Assembly: GCA_963639715.1 (NCBI GenBank)
Contig: CAVHWW010000047.1
Location: 1-48,199 of the forward strand
DNA from: Acutalibacteraceae bacterium
Lineage (GTDB): Bacteria > Actinomycetota > Coriobacteriia > Coriobacteriales > Atopobiaceae
DNA length: 48,199 bases
Reading direction: 5' to 3'
Made by a program: the position numbers and the translations under genes. The notes below the pieces were generated by a model, which saw only the letters and a program-made list of their open reading frames with translations, had not been told where the DNA came from and did not search any database. This document shows positions 19,425 to 29,551 of this stretch, piece by piece (the first letter of the stretch is position 1; each line of letters begins with the position of its first letter).

Positions 19425-20203
19425 ACGGTCGCTTGTCGCTTGGCTCGTATCGTCCGGGTGCCTCGCCCCTCCACAGGCTTGACGCTCGCGTGAAGCTTGT
19501 CTGCCTGGCCGCTATCAGCGCGGCGTTGCTTGCTGCGAAAAATCCGGTGGCCCTGGGTGCGCTCGCCGTTGCGGTTGCGGAGCTGCTGCACATTTCGGGA
19601 GTGACTCCAAAGGAGCTTGCCGCGGGCATCAGGCCGGCGGCGTTTCTGCTCGTGTTCGGCCTTGTCGCCAACGCGTTCGCTCCGGCTGCAACGGCTGACC
19701 TTGCGTTGGGGCCGGTGGGCATATCGCTTGCGGGCCTTGGGCGTGGCGCAATCTTGGCCCTGCGCATGGTTGTGGTCATAGCGGCCTCGCTTGTGCTGTG
19801 TGCAACCACAAGCCCAACCGCTATCGCCGAGGCCTTAAGCTCGCTGCTCTCGCCGCTGGCGCGCCTCGGCCTGCCCGTGGACGACATCTCGATGACGCTG
19901 TCCCTGGTGCTGCGATTCGTCCCCATTGCGGCCGGGGAGTTTGGTCGCATCCAAGATGCGCAGCTCGCTCGTGGCGCCTGCTTTGCACGCGGTGGGGCGT
20001 GGGGCCGCGTCAGGCGTTGGAGCGCCACGCTAGTCCCCTTGGTAGTGGGCCTCTTCAGGCGCTCAACGGAGCTTGCGAGCGCCATGCGGGAGCGCGGTTG
20101 GGGCATGGGAAATAGAACGCGCCTCTCGCGTAAGCTCAACGGCGCCGATATCATGGTGCTCGTACTGTGCCTGGCGGCCTGCCTTGCCGCCATCTTTGTC
20201 TAG
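19421..20203 (+). CDS. ecfT: ECF transporter transmembrane component T (CbiQ family)
   Basis: SPLHRLDARVKL, LVLRFVP, AQLARG, AMRERG motifs. Confidence 0.92.
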   Translation: MNGRLSLGSYRPGASPLHRLDARVKLVCLAAISAALLAAKNPVALGALAVAVAELLHISGVTPKELAAGIRPAAFLLVFGLVANAFAPAATADLALGPVGISLAGLGRGAILALRMVVVIAASLVLCATTSPTAIAEALSSLLSPLARLGLPVDDISMTLSLVLRFVPIAAGEFGRIQDAQLARGACFARGGAWGRVRRWSATLVPLVVGLFRRSTELASAMRERGWGMGNRTRLSRKLNGADIMVLVLCLAACLAAIFV

Positions 20204-20211
20204 GAGGCCGC

Positions 20212-21162
20212 GTGTCACAGGGTTTGGAACAGTTGTCTGCGCGGGCGCCGAGCGCTTGCGAGGGCGAGGCCGGCGAGCGGGCGGCGGCCCCCGTGCAATC
20301 CGCAACCTCAAAGCTCGAGGTCCTGCGCGCTCAGCGCCCCTCGCTTGAGGAGCGCGCCCAAGATCCGGCGGCGCTTGATGCGACGCTCGTCTTGCGCCTG
20401 GGCTACCGCGGCGCTGACTTTGCCGGCTTTGCCGCCCAGCCAACTCAGCGCACGGTCGCGGGCGAGCTCACCCGTTCGTTCGAGACGCTGCTACGCCGCC
20501 CCGTCGAGCTCACCTGCGCCGGTCGAACGGACGCGGGCGTCCATGCCATTGCCCAGTACGTGAGCCTGCCGGTGAGCGCTACCGAGCTCGAGCTGCCGGC
20601 CCGTCGCCTTATGCACGGCCTCTCGGCGCTACTGCCCGATGACATCTCGGCTGGCGCTCTCTACGTGGCACCCAAGGGATTCTCTGCTCGTTTTGACGCA
20701 CTTTCCCGCAGCTATCGCTACCGAATCGTGAGCGGCGAAGCGCGCCCCGTGCTGGCCTGGGATCACGCCTGGTGGCTTCGTAGCCAGCTGGACGCTTCCG
20801 CCATGGATGAGGCGGCGGCCTGCCTGGTGGGCGAGCATGACTTCAAGAGCTTCTGCAAGGCAACCTCGGCCGAGGGCAAGCCGACCCAGCGCTGTGTCAT
20901 GAGCCTTGGCGTCTCGCGCGAGCAGGAATGCGGCGAGGACGTCATCTGCATCGACGTGGTTGGCAACGCCTTCCTCCACTCCATGGTGCGAACCATTGCC
21001 GGCACGCTCGTTGAGGTGGGCAGAGGTCACAGGGACAAGGCTTGGGTCGAGCAGGCCCTGGCCGCTTGCGACCGCAAGGCTGCCGGCCCGTGCGCCCCGG
21101 CCAAGGGCCTTACCTTTGTAGGGGTAGACTATCCCCAAGAATTGCTCACGCCCTGGAAGTAA
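20212..21162 (+). CDS. truA: tRNA pseudouridine(38-40) synthase
   Basis: CAGRTDAGVHA, FSARFDA, GEHDFKSF, AFLHSMVR, APAKGL; GTG start after AGGAGG. Confidence 0.96.
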   Translation: MSQGLEQLSARAPSACEGEAGERAAAPVQSATSKLEVLRAQRPSLEERAQDPAALDATLVLRLGYRGADFAGFAAQPTQRTVAGELTRSFETLLRRPVELTCAGRTDAGVHAIAQYVSLPVSATELELPARRLMHGLSALLPDDISAGALYVAPKGFSARFDALSRSYRYRIVSGEARPVLAWDHAWWLRSQLDASAMDEAAACLVGEHDFKSFCKATSAEGKPTQRCVMSLGVSREQECGEDVICIDVVGNAFLHSMVRTIAGTLVEVGRGHRDKAWVEQALAACDRKAAGPCAPAKGLTFVGVDYPQELLTPWK

Positions 21163-21239
21163 GAAGCGGCACAGAGCGTTCAATCGGATTTGAGACACCG
21201 CGGGCGGTTTCCGGCGTGGTTCAGATGTAGGAGGCAACT

Positions 21240-21995
21240 ATGTACGAGAGGCCAGACGTCCCCAAGGACAGCCCGCACCGCAACCTCATCGCACTTATCG
21301 TCATAGCCGTCGTCGCAGTGGCTATGACCATGCTCGTCTCCTCGCTGTGGAAGCTCGCCAACACTAACTCAGCCTTCGGCAGCAAGACGCTCGCCAAGGC
21401 CGTTAAGAGCACCAAGCCTAGTTCTGACACCATTGGCGCTTTTGCCGAGGCAACAGGGCTCACGGCAACCGGTGCGGATGTCGAGACGGTGCTGTTTGCC
21501 ATCACGCCCGATTCTTCCGAGGACAGCGTGAGCGCCGTCTACCTCGCAATCATGAATGAGACGGAGGGCTCCACCAAGCTCGTGCAATTCCAGAGCGACG
21601 CCTGGGTGCAGGCCGGTGATGAGAACTATACCGTTGCGGACTGGTACGCCCAACAGGGCGCTTCGGGCCTCGCCTCGGCCATCAGTGCCTGCGCCGCCGT
21701 TCCGGTGAGCCACGTCGTCGTGATGCAAGAGAGCGGCTGGAACTCGCTCATGGCCGTGGCTAAGGAGGGAACGGCTTCGCTCTCGAGCAAGAGCAGCGAG
21801 CTTGTGGAGTCCATCGAGGAGACCGACATGGAGGTCAGCGACCTCGTTGACGTGGCCCAGAAGGCCATCTCGGCCGGTGCTTCGGTGGAGGAAATCGAGA
21901 CGGTTGCCATGAGCGAGGTTTCCGACGACGCCGGCAACACGCGCATGCAGGTCGATGCCGCCCAGCTTGCCGTTAGCGTGGGCACGCTGGCATAG
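21240..21995 (+). CDS. Membrane-anchored protein, degenerate LCP (LytR-CpsA-Psr)-like
   Basis: N-terminal TM helix; spacing of VYLAIMN..KLVQFQSDAWV..WYAQQGASGLASAI..PVSHVVV resembles the LCP core; AGGAGG RBS. Confidence 0.55.
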   Translation: MYERPDVPKDSPHRNLIALIVIAVVAVAMTMLVSSLWKLANTNSAFGSKTLAKAVKSTKPSSDTIGAFAEATGLTATGADVETVLFAITPDSSEDSVSAVYLAIMNETEGSTKLVQFQSDAWVQAGDENYTVADWYAQQGASGLASAISACAAVPVSHVVVMQESGWNSLMAVAKEGTASLSSKSSELVESIEETDMEVSDLVDVAQKAISAGASVEEIETVAMSEVSDDAGNTRMQVDAAQLAVSVGTLA

Positions 21996-22149
21996 GGAAG
22001 CCTGCTCTCGCGGGACAAAATATGCAGATATCCTGCGCTGCACGGGGCCTCCATAGGTCTGCTGCTGCACGATGGTAGTCTCTCGATGGGCCCAGCGGTG
22101 GCTCGGCCGGGGCATGGCCTCGGAACAAACTTCGTATCAAAGGATGAAG

Positions 22150-23229
22150 ATGGCTCGCATGGAGAAGAGGACCCCGAAGGTCTCAATCATCATTCCTGCC
22201 TATAACGTGGACCGTTTCATCGGTCGAGCCATCGAGAGCCTGCAGAACCAGACGCTGAGGGACTTTGAGCTGCTGGTGGTCGATGACGGCTCCAAGGACC
22301 GCACCGGCCAGGTGGCCGATCGCATGGCCGAGCGCGACATCCGCATCGACGTCATCCACTCCGAGAACCAGGGCGCCGCCGCCGCGCGCAACCTTGCGCT
22401 CGACCGTGCCCGCGGTGAGTTCGTGCACTTCGTTGACGGTGACGATTGGGTGGAGCCCGCGATGCTCGCCGACCTCGTGGCCATGGCCGAGGAGCACGAG
22501 CTCGACCTCGTCATCGCCGGCTTTTACATCGAGACCTACTACGGCAACGCCGACCAGCACACCACCGAGCTCAAGAGCCAGCCTACCCAGGTCTTTGGCT
22601 CCAAGGAGGAGTTCCGCTCGGCTGCCTGGAGGCTCTTTGACGAGAACCTCCTCTATACGCCGTGGAACAAGCTCTTCCGCCGCTCCTATCTCGAGAAGAT
22701 CGGCGCACGCTTCCGCCCCACGTTCTGGGACGACTTCCCCTTCGTGCTCGACGTCATCCGTGACATCGAGCGCGTTGCTGTGACCGAGAAGGCCTACTAC
22801 CACTTCATCCGCCTGCGCGCGGAGAGCGAGACGGCCCGTTGGCGCGCCAACATGTACGAGAAGCGCGAGGAGGAGCACGGCTGGATGCTCGACCTCTACG
22901 AGCACTGGGGCCTTTCTGGCGACACCGCGAGCGTCGAGATGGTGCAGCGCCGCTATATCGAGCGCCTTGTGGGCTGCATCGAGAATGTCTGCAATCCCAG
23001 CTGCACCCTTTCGGCTGCCGAGAAGCTCGCTGAAGTCGAGCGCATGATCTGCTCCGACCGCGCTCAGCTTGCCGTGAGCGTGGCCAAGCCCCGCTCCAAG
23101 ATGATGAACATCATGCTCGTTCCCATCCGTCGCAAAGATGCCCGCATGGCCATCGCCGAAGGCCGCTTCATCTCCTTCGTCAAGCGCCACAACACCAAGC
23201 TTTTCGCCACCTTGAAGGCCAATCGCTAA
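22150..23229 (+). CDS. Glycosyltransferase family 2
   Basis: KVSIIIPAYN, VVDDGSKD, ARNLALD, FVDGDD, WNKLFRR; start uncertain (22144/22150/22159). Confidence 0.93.
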   Translation: MARMEKRTPKVSIIIPAYNVDRFIGRAIESLQNQTLRDFELLVVDDGSKDRTGQVADRMAERDIRIDVIHSENQGAAAARNLALDRARGEFVHFVDGDDWVEPAMLADLVAMAEEHELDLVIAGFYIETYYGNADQHTTELKSQPTQVFGSKEEFRSAAWRLFDENLLYTPWNKLFRRSYLEKIGARFRPTFWDDFPFVLDVIRDIERVAVTEKAYYHFIRLRAESETARWRANMYEKREEEHGWMLDLYEHWGLSGDTASVEMVQRRYIERLVGCIENVCNPSCTLSAAEKLAEVERMICSDRAQLAVSVAKPRSKMMNIMLVPIRRKDARMAIAEGRFISFVKRHNTKLFATLKANR

Positions 23230-23321
23230 AGGCTTCCTTTCGAGCGCATGGGCCGGGCGCGAACAAGGGACGTTGAATTGTTCACGTGCGCGCAGGGTAC
23301 GTCGGGGATGGCATCTTTTTT

Positions 23322-23471
23322 CGTCGGAAATCCGAGTTGTGCGTTCCATTTGCGTCTCAAAATGACATGCGAGCAACGCTGGATTTCTAAACTCCCAGGT
23401 AGACGGCTTGACCAAATTAGAGGCTGGGCACGGTTGCCCTCCTAGGGCGCGCACAACTCGGGTTTCCAACG
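23322..23471. repeat. 150-bp element bounded by 22-bp inverted repeats (MITE/REP-doublet-like)
   Basis: CGTCGGAAATCCGAGTTGTGCG (23322-23343) vs reverse complement of 23450-23471, 20/22 identical. Confidence 0.6.
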
Positions 23472-23583
23472 TCTGGAACGGGCCACTTCGACGTAGATGG
23501 CTTGGCTGCGCGTTCGAGGGGGCGGTGCTGCGTCCTTGTTTACATCTCGCACGGATGTTAAATCTGCTGGCTTGTTCTAACAA

Positions 23584-23622
23584 TATGCATGAATCTGCAT
23601 TAAACATAGGTAGATATGCAGA
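23584..23622. promoter_or_regulatory. Tandem ARG boxes (ArgR/AhrC operator) upstream of argC
   Basis: TATGCATGAATCTGCATT, 3 bp, CATAGGTAGATATGCAGA in an AT-rich patch; TATAAT at 23662-23667. Confidence 0.75.
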
Positions 23623-23706
23623 ATTACGATAATTGATGCGAAACCCTCGCGGGCGGAGGTCTATAATGGCCTTCTGTTTTGCTTGACGCGTTTGAGGGAG
23701 ATTCGC

Positions 23707-24768
23707 ATGTCATACAAGGTTGGCGTCATTGGTGCTGCGGGCTTTGCCGGAGCCGAGCTCGTGAGGCTCGTTTTGGGCCACCCGCAGTTTGAGCTTTCGG
23801 TCATCACCTCAAACGCGGACGCCGGCACTGCGCTGGCCGACGCCTACCCGGCCTTCGCCGGCGCCTCTGACATTTGCTTCACCACGCACGACGACCCGGC
23901 GGTAAAGGACTGCGATCTGGTCTTCCTCGCTGTACCGCACACCGCCGCCATGGCGCAGGCACCCTCCCTGCTCGCCGCTGGCGTCACCGTCGTTGACCTC
24001 TCGGCCGACTATCGCCTCTCAGACAAGGACATCTACGAGCAGTGGTATGGCGCCGAACACACCTCGCCCGAGCTGCTTGCCACCCGCGCCTTCGGCCTGC
24101 CCGAGCTGTTCGCCGAAGACATCCAGGCCGCCGCTGAGCTCTACGCCGCCGGCAAGCCTGCGCTCGTCGCCTGTGCCGGCTGCTATCCCACCGCCACCTC
24201 CATCGCCAGCGCCCCGGCCATCCGTGCCGGCTGGACGGAAGGCCTTGTCATCGTGGACGCCAAGAGCGGCGTCACCGGTGCGGGCAAAGGTTGCAACGCC
24301 AAGACCCACTTCTGCAACGCTGACGAGGACGTGCAGGCCTACAACGTCGGCAAGCACCGCCATACGCCCGAGATCGAGCAGATTCTCGGCAAGCCGGGTC
24401 AGGTCGTGTTCACGCCGCACCTCGTGCCGCAGCGACGAGGCATCCTCTCCACCGTTTACCTGCAGCTCACGCCCGAGGCTGCGGCCATGAGCGTCGAGGA
24501 CATGGTCGCCTACTACCGCAGCTTCTATGAGGGCCGTCCCTGCGCCCAGGTGCTCGCCGCCGGCAAGCTGCCGCGTTCCTCGAGCGTCGCCGGAACCAAC
24601 GTCTGCCAGGTTGGCCTGGCAAAGAACGAGCGCACCAACACGCTCGTAGCCATCGGTGTCATCGACAACCTGTGCAAGGGCGCTGCCGGCCAAGCCGTCC
24701 AGTGCGCCAACCTTGTGCTCGGCCTGCCCGAGACCTGTGGCCTGCCCACGGTTGGCATGCCCGTCTAG
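23707..24768 (+). CDS. argC: N-acetyl-gamma-glutamyl-phosphate reductase
   Basis: IGAAGFAGAEL, DLSADYRL, GCYPT, SGVTGAG, IDNLCKGAAGQA. Confidence 0.97.
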   Translation: MSYKVGVIGAAGFAGAELVRLVLGHPQFELSVITSNADAGTALADAYPAFAGASDICFTTHDDPAVKDCDLVFLAVPHTAAMAQAPSLLAAGVTVVDLSADYRLSDKDIYEQWYGAEHTSPELLATRAFGLPELFAEDIQAAAELYAAGKPALVACAGCYPTATSIASAPAIRAGWTEGLVIVDAKSGVTGAGKGCNAKTHFCNADEDVQAYNVGKHRHTPEIEQILGKPGQVVFTPHLVPQRRGILSTVYLQLTPEAAAMSVEDMVAYYRSFYEGRPCAQVLAAGKLPRSSSVAGTNVCQVGLAKNERTNTLVAIGVIDNLCKGAAGQAVQCANLVLGLPETCGLPTVGMPV

Positions 24769-24822
24769 CAAACTCATCGGCTCGAGCCATCCTGACTCGG
24801 CCGCCCATCGCAAGGAGTCCCT

Positions 24823-26103
24823 ATGGAAGAGAACAACCCCAAGCTCACCGTGGTTGCTGACGGCGGCGTTGCTAGCCCGGCCGGCATCTGCGCCGGCGGC
24901 ATCCACGCCGGTTTTCGCCAGGACCCGAACCGTCTCGACATGGCGATCGTTGAGGTCGCCAAGCCCGCGAGCGCTGCCGGTGCCTTCACCACGAACAAGT
25001 TTTGCGCCGCTCCCGTAACCGTCTCGCGCGAGAACCTCGGCGCCCAGGGCGCGAGCCCGGTTCGCGCCATCTGCATCAACTCGGGCAACGCCAACGCGGC
25101 CACCGGCGAGGAGGGCCTCGAGGTTGCTCGCGCCACCTGCGAGCTTGTGGCCAAGACCGTCGGCTGCGAGCCCTCCGAGGTGCTCGTGGCCTCCACGGGC
25201 GTCATTGGCCAGCTGCTCGAGCTCGATTGCTTCGAGACGGGCGTGCCGGCACTCCACGACAAGATCTGCTCCGTCGCCACCGAGGCCGAGCGCCTGGCTG
25301 GTGGCCACGACGCCGCTCGCGCCATCATGACCACCGACACCCACCCCAAGGAGTACGCGGTTTCCTACGAGGCGAGTGGTTCTTTGGCTGGCTCCACCAT
25401 CACGGTTGGCGGCATGTGCAAGGGCTCGGGCATGATCATGCCCAACATGGCCACCATGATCGCCATCATCACCACCGATGCTCCCGTGGCGCCTTCGGCC
25501 CTGCATGAGGTGCTTATCAACGTGGTGAAGAAGACCTTCAACAAGGTTACGGTTGACTCCGACACCTCCACCAATGACACCTGCATCGCGCTTGCCACGG
25601 GCGACGCCGCCGCGGACGCTGCTCCCATCGAGGCCGGAACGCCCGAGGCCGCCGAGTTCGCCTATGCCGTGAACGCCGTGTGCCAGCACCTCGCCCGCGA
25701 GATCGCGGCCGACGGTGAGGGTGCCTCAAAGCTGGTGACGGTGACCGTTGCCGGCGCCGCCACCGACGAGGACGCCGATACCGCGGCGCGCGCCATCGCC
25801 AACTCGCCGCTGGTAAAGACCGCCATCTACGGCCACGACTGCAACTGGGGCCGCATCGCCATGGCCCTCGGCAAGTGCGGTGTTGCCTTTGACCAGCGCG
25901 ATGTCGACATCGACATCATGGGCATGCCGGTCTGCCGCGACGGCCTCACGGTTGCCTTTGACGAGGACGAGGCCTTGCGCCGCTTCGAGGAGCCCGAGAT
26001 CACGATCTGGGCCGACCTCGGAGCCGGTACCGCCGAGACCACGGTGTGGACCTGCGACCTCACCCACGAGTACGTCACTATCAACGGCGACTACCGCACC
26101 TAG
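24823..26103 (+). CDS. argJ: Ornithine acetyltransferase / N-acetylglutamate synthase
   Basis: NSGNANAATG, STGVIG, AIMTTD, KGSGMIMPNMATM, DTSTND. Confidence 0.97.
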   Translation: MEENNPKLTVVADGGVASPAGICAGGIHAGFRQDPNRLDMAIVEVAKPASAAGAFTTNKFCAAPVTVSRENLGAQGASPVRAICINSGNANAATGEEGLEVARATCELVAKTVGCEPSEVLVASTGVIGQLLELDCFETGVPALHDKICSVATEAERLAGGHDAARAIMTTDTHPKEYAVSYEASGSLAGSTITVGGMCKGSGMIMPNMATMIAIITTDAPVAPSALHEVLINVVKKTFNKVTVDSDTSTNDTCIALATGDAAADAAPIEAGTPEAAEFAYAVNAVCQHLAREIAADGEGASKLVTVTVAGAATDEDADTAARAIANSPLVKTAIYGHDCNWGRIAMALGKCGVAFDQRDVDIDIMGMPVCRDGLTVAFDEDEALRRFEEPEITIWADLGAGTAETTVWTCDLTHEYVTINGDYRT

Positions 26104-26242
26104 GGCGAGCTTGCCCGGCCGCGTCTTGCGGCTGACCTTGGGCGGCCGGCTTCCCGCTTGCGCCCGGAGCCGCCGCGCTACCGGCCCAAGCCTGCACGCC
26201 GCCGCACCCCACCGTTAAGCCAACTCCGCGCGAGGAGAGACC

Positions 26243-27196
26243 ATGAAGTACGCAACAGAGACGAGCCAGCGCGCCAAAGAGAGCGACGAGCGCACCGGCC
26301 AACTCCTCTTCGAGGCCCTGCCTTGGATCAAGAACATCACCGGTAAGACCGTCGTCATCAAGTACGGTGGCGCGGCGATGGTGGACGAGAAGCTGCGCGC
26401 CGACGTCATGAGCGACATCGTGCTGCTCAAGATCCTGGGCGTGAACGTCGTCATCGTTCACGGCGGCGGCAAGGCCATCAACAAGGCCTTTGATGCCCTC
26501 AACTTCCCCGTGGAGTTCAAGGACGGCCAGCGTGTCACCACGCCTGCGGCCATGGACGTCGTGCGTCAGGTGCTCGTGGGCGAGGTCAACCAGGACCTCG
26601 TGGCTGCCATCAACCGCCACGGTAACCTTGCCGTGGGCGTCTCGGGCGCCGATGCGGGCACCATCCTGTGTTCCACGCTCGACCCCGACCTTGGTCGTGT
26701 GGGCAAGGTCGAGAGCGTCGACACCGCCTACCTCGAGAACCTTCTCAAGAGCCAGTACATCCCCGTGGTGGCCACGGTGGGCATTGGCGAGGATGGCGGC
26801 TACTACAACATCAACGCCGACGTCGCCGCCGGCTACGTCGCGGCTGCCATCGGTGCCCAGAAGATTGTCTACCTCACCGACGTCGATGGCGTCTACATGG
26901 ACTTCTCCGACAAGAGCACGCTCATCTCCAACATGAGCCTGCGCGAGATGGAGGACATGCTCGCCTCCGGCACCGTGGACAAGGGCATGATTCCCAAGCT
27001 CGAGAGCTGCTGCTATGCCCTGCGTGCCGGTGTCTTCCGCAGCCACGTCATCAACGGTAAGACCCCGCACTCCCTGCTCATCGAGCTGCTCACCGACAAG
27101 GGCATCGGCACTACGATGCACTCCAGCGAGGAGGCGCTCGAGTACGACGCCCACCCGCTCGGCATGCTCGCCAGCAGGCTCGCCGTCAACAACTAA
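26243..27196 (+). CDS. argB: Acetylglutamate kinase
   Basis: VVIKYGGAAM, VHGGG, YNINAD, LTDVDG, GMIPKL. Confidence 0.97.
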   Translation: MKYATETSQRAKESDERTGQLLFEALPWIKNITGKTVVIKYGGAAMVDEKLRADVMSDIVLLKILGVNVVIVHGGGKAINKAFDALNFPVEFKDGQRVTTPAAMDVVRQVLVGEVNQDLVAAINRHGNLAVGVSGADAGTILCSTLDPDLGRVGKVESVDTAYLENLLKSQYIPVVATVGIGEDGGYYNINADVAAGYVAAAIGAQKIVYLTDVDGVYMDFSDKSTLISNMSLREMEDMLASGTVDKGMIPKLESCCYALRAGVFRSHVINGKTPHSLLIELLTDKGIGTTMHSSEEALEYDAHPLGMLASRLAVNN

Positions 27197-27226
27197 CGCG
27201 CCCCGCGCGAGAAGAAAGGACCTTCC

Positions 27227-28498
27227 ATGTCTTTCGAAGACGCCAAGAAGCTCGATGACGCCTACGTGATGCACACCTTCGGCCGCTCCCCGGTTGAGTT
27301 CGTGGGTGGCGAAGGCATGCGCCTCACCGACTCCGAGGGCAACGAGTACCTCGACTTCCTCGGCGGCATTGCCGTGAGCTGCCTGGGCTACAACCACCCT
27401 GCACTTACCGGCGCTCTCCAGGAGCAGGCCGCCAAGCTGCTGCACGTCTCCAACTACTTCCACATCGAGCACCGCGGCGAGGTGGCCCGTCGCATCGCCC
27501 AGCTCGCAAACGCCGGCACGGGCGCGCCTAAGGATGCCAGCCCCGACGCCCCCGAGCAGTGGAGGACCTTCTTCGCCAACTCTGGCGCCGAGGCCAACGA
27601 GTGTGCCATCAAGCTTGCGCGCCTGTGGGCCAAACGCGGCGGCAACGGCGGCTACGACATCGTCTGCCTTAACAAGAGCTTCCACGGCCGCACCATGGAG
27701 ACCATCGCGGCCACCATGCAGGGTTGGGCCCAGGATCCCTTTCAGCCCCTGCCGGGCGGCTTTCTTTCCGTCGACGCCAACGACGTCGAGGGCCTGCGTA
27801 ACCTCTTTGCCCAGAAGGGCTCCGGTATCTGCGCCGTGCTTCTCGAGCCCATCCAGGGCGAGAGCGGCGTCCACCCCATGACGCAGGAGTTCATGGAGGA
27901 GGTCCGCAGTCTCACGAGCGAGTACGGCGCGCTCATGATCTGCGACGAGGTCCAGACCGGCCTGTTCCGCACCGGCTGGGCTTTGGCCTTCCAGGCCTAC
28001 GGCGTGGTGCCCGACGTCTTCACCCTGGCCAAGGCCATCGCCGGTGGCGTGCCCATGGGCGCCTGCGTGGCCAAGGCTGAGATTAGCGAGGCCTTTAGGC
28101 CCGGCGACCACGGCTCCACCTTTGGCGGCGGTCCGCTCGCCTGCGCCGCTGCCGACGCCGTGCTCACTGAGCTTGTTGAGGGAGACGCTCCCGAGGGCAA
28201 GCCTGGCGAGGGCTACCTCGAGCACGTCCGCGAGGTGGGCGATTACCTGGCCGAGCAGCTCGCGCAGCTGCCGCATGTGGTCGAGGTGCGCGGCCGCGGC
28301 CTCATCCAGGGTGCTGAGCTCGAGGCCGGCCTGCCCGATGCTCACGAGCTGGTGGCTGCGGCCCTCGAGGCCGGCGCCGTCATCAACGCCACCGGCCCCA
28401 CCACGTTGCGCATGCTTCCGCCGCTCGTCTGCACCCGTGCTGACGTCGACGAGCTGTGCGGCATCCTGTCCGGCATTCTCGAGAAGGCCGGCGAGTAG
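27227..28498 (+). CDS. argD: Acetylornithine aminotransferase (class III PLP)
   Basis: [44 protein letters not shown]; in arg cluster. Confidence 0.95.
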   Translation: MSFEDAKKLDDAYVMHTFGRSPVEFVGGEGMRLTDSEGNEYLDFLGGIAVSCLGYNHPALTGALQEQAAKLLHVSNYFHIEHRGEVARRIAQLANAGTGAPKDASPDAPEQWRTFFANSGAEANECAIKLARLWAKRGGNGGYDIVCLNKSFHGRTMETIAATMQGWAQDPFQPLPGGFLSVDANDVEGLRNLFAQKGSGICAVLLEPIQGESGVHPMTQEFMEEVRSLTSEYGALMICDEVQTGLFRTGWALAFQAYGVVPDVFTLAKAIAGGVPMGACVAKAEISEAFRPGDHGSTFGGGPLACAAADAVLTELVEGDAPEGKPGEGYLEHVREVGDYLAEQLAQLPHVVEVRGRGLIQGAELEAGLPDAHELVAAALEAGAVINATGPTTLRMLPPLVCTRADVDELCGILSGILEKAGE

Positions 28499-28571
28499 GG
28501 GAGGACGGTTCCTCTCGATAGCAGGCGGCTCTTCCGATGGCGGAATAGAGCCTCCCAGCATGTTCCAAAGT

Positions 28572-28604
28572 AAAGGCGAGCGTCCAAGCGGGCGCTCGCC
28601 TTTT
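28572..28604. terminator. Probable bidirectional terminator between convergent argD and IclR gene
   Basis: AAAGGCGAGCGTCC/GGGCGCTCGCCTTT stem with A- and T-flanks. Confidence 0.75.
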
Positions 28605-28739
28605 GTGTTGCTATGGGGATTGAGCTGCGGTTTATTTGCTGGCTCGCTGAAGAGACGCCCGATGGCGACATCGGCGTGCCTGCCGCATTGCGCTTCTCGC
28701 GCGCGGCGTCCGTCCGATGGCGAGGCCGTCATGCCCGCC

Positions 28740-29501
28740 TTACGCCAGCGCAGCCTCGAGCTGCAGGCGCGTCTCGAGCAGCGTCTGGTCGATGAGGCGC
28801 TTCTTCTCCTCGGTGAGGCGGTACTTCGGCACGCTGACGCCCATGCCGTAGCGAACCTCGCCGTCTTGGGTGATCGGCACGGCGACACACTCCACGCCCT
28901 CGAGCACCTCCTGGCGGTCGTGCGCAAAGCCCGTCTCGCGCACCTCTGCCAGGCGCTCGATGACCTCGTCCACCGTCTGGGCGGCGTTTTTGGTGGGGCG
29001 CTCGAGCGGCTCGCTCAAAAGGCCGCGCACGCGCTCGTCATCCCAACTTGCGAGGATGGCCTTGCCGATGGCGGTGCAGTGGGCGGGCAGCGTCTTGCCG
29101 ATCTCGGACGAGAGGCGGATGCGCTGCGGCGAGTCCACGCGCGCCACGTAAAGCACGCGGCCAAAGTCGAGCACGCCGAGCTGGCAGGTCTCGCCGCAGG
29201 TGGCCACGACCTCCTTCATCGCGTTCTCGATCAGCGAGATGCCCATGCCGTCGCGGTCGAAGGCCTTACCGAGCAGGTAGGTCTTGATGCCGATGTAATA
29301 GCGCGAGGTGTCCTCGTTGAACATGATGTAGTCGGCGTCAGCCATGGTGTGCAGGATGGGGAAGAGGCTGCTCTTGGGAGCATCAAGCTCGCGGCAGATG
29401 TCGGCCATGGTGAGGCCGCGTTCGTTGTTGGCGAGCACCTCAAGAATCGCGAGAACCCTCAGGGTGGCGCGGTGGCCCTGGGCGTCTACCTGCTGCGACA
29501 T
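28740..29501 (-). CDS. IclR-family transcriptional regulator of the divergent sugar-acid/fucose cluster
   Basis: N-terminal HTH (RVLAILEVL..PKSSLFPILHTM), GETCQLGV, LPAHCTAIGKAILA. Confidence 0.93.
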   Translation of the reverse strand: MSQQVDAQGHRATLRVLAILEVLANNERGLTMADICRELDAPKSSLFPILHTMADADYIMFNEDTSRYYIGIKTYLLGKAFDRDGMGISLIENAMKEVVATCGETCQLGVLDFGRVLYVARVDSPQRIRLSSEIGKTLPAHCTAIGKAILASWDDERVRGLLSEPLERPTKNAAQTVDEVIERLAEVRETGFAHDRQEVLEGVECVAVPITQDGEVRYGMGVSVPKYRLTEEKKRLIDQTLLETRLQLEAALA

Positions 29502-29551
29502 ACTCTTCCCTTCATCGATTTCTTAATTAATTATCATAGCGATAGCCGAGC

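Noticed and set aside
23230..23706. T-box or riboswitch upstream of argC
   Set aside because: No T-box sequence or terminator/antiterminator seen; ARG boxes explain the regulation
26081..28927. 948-aa minus-strand ORF, and similar long antisense ORFs (865-2586, 24019-25689, 29626-31200, 31261-33471, 37696-39492, 42404-43873)
   Set aside because: Shadow frames of strongly GC3-biased real genes; no RBS or domain motifs
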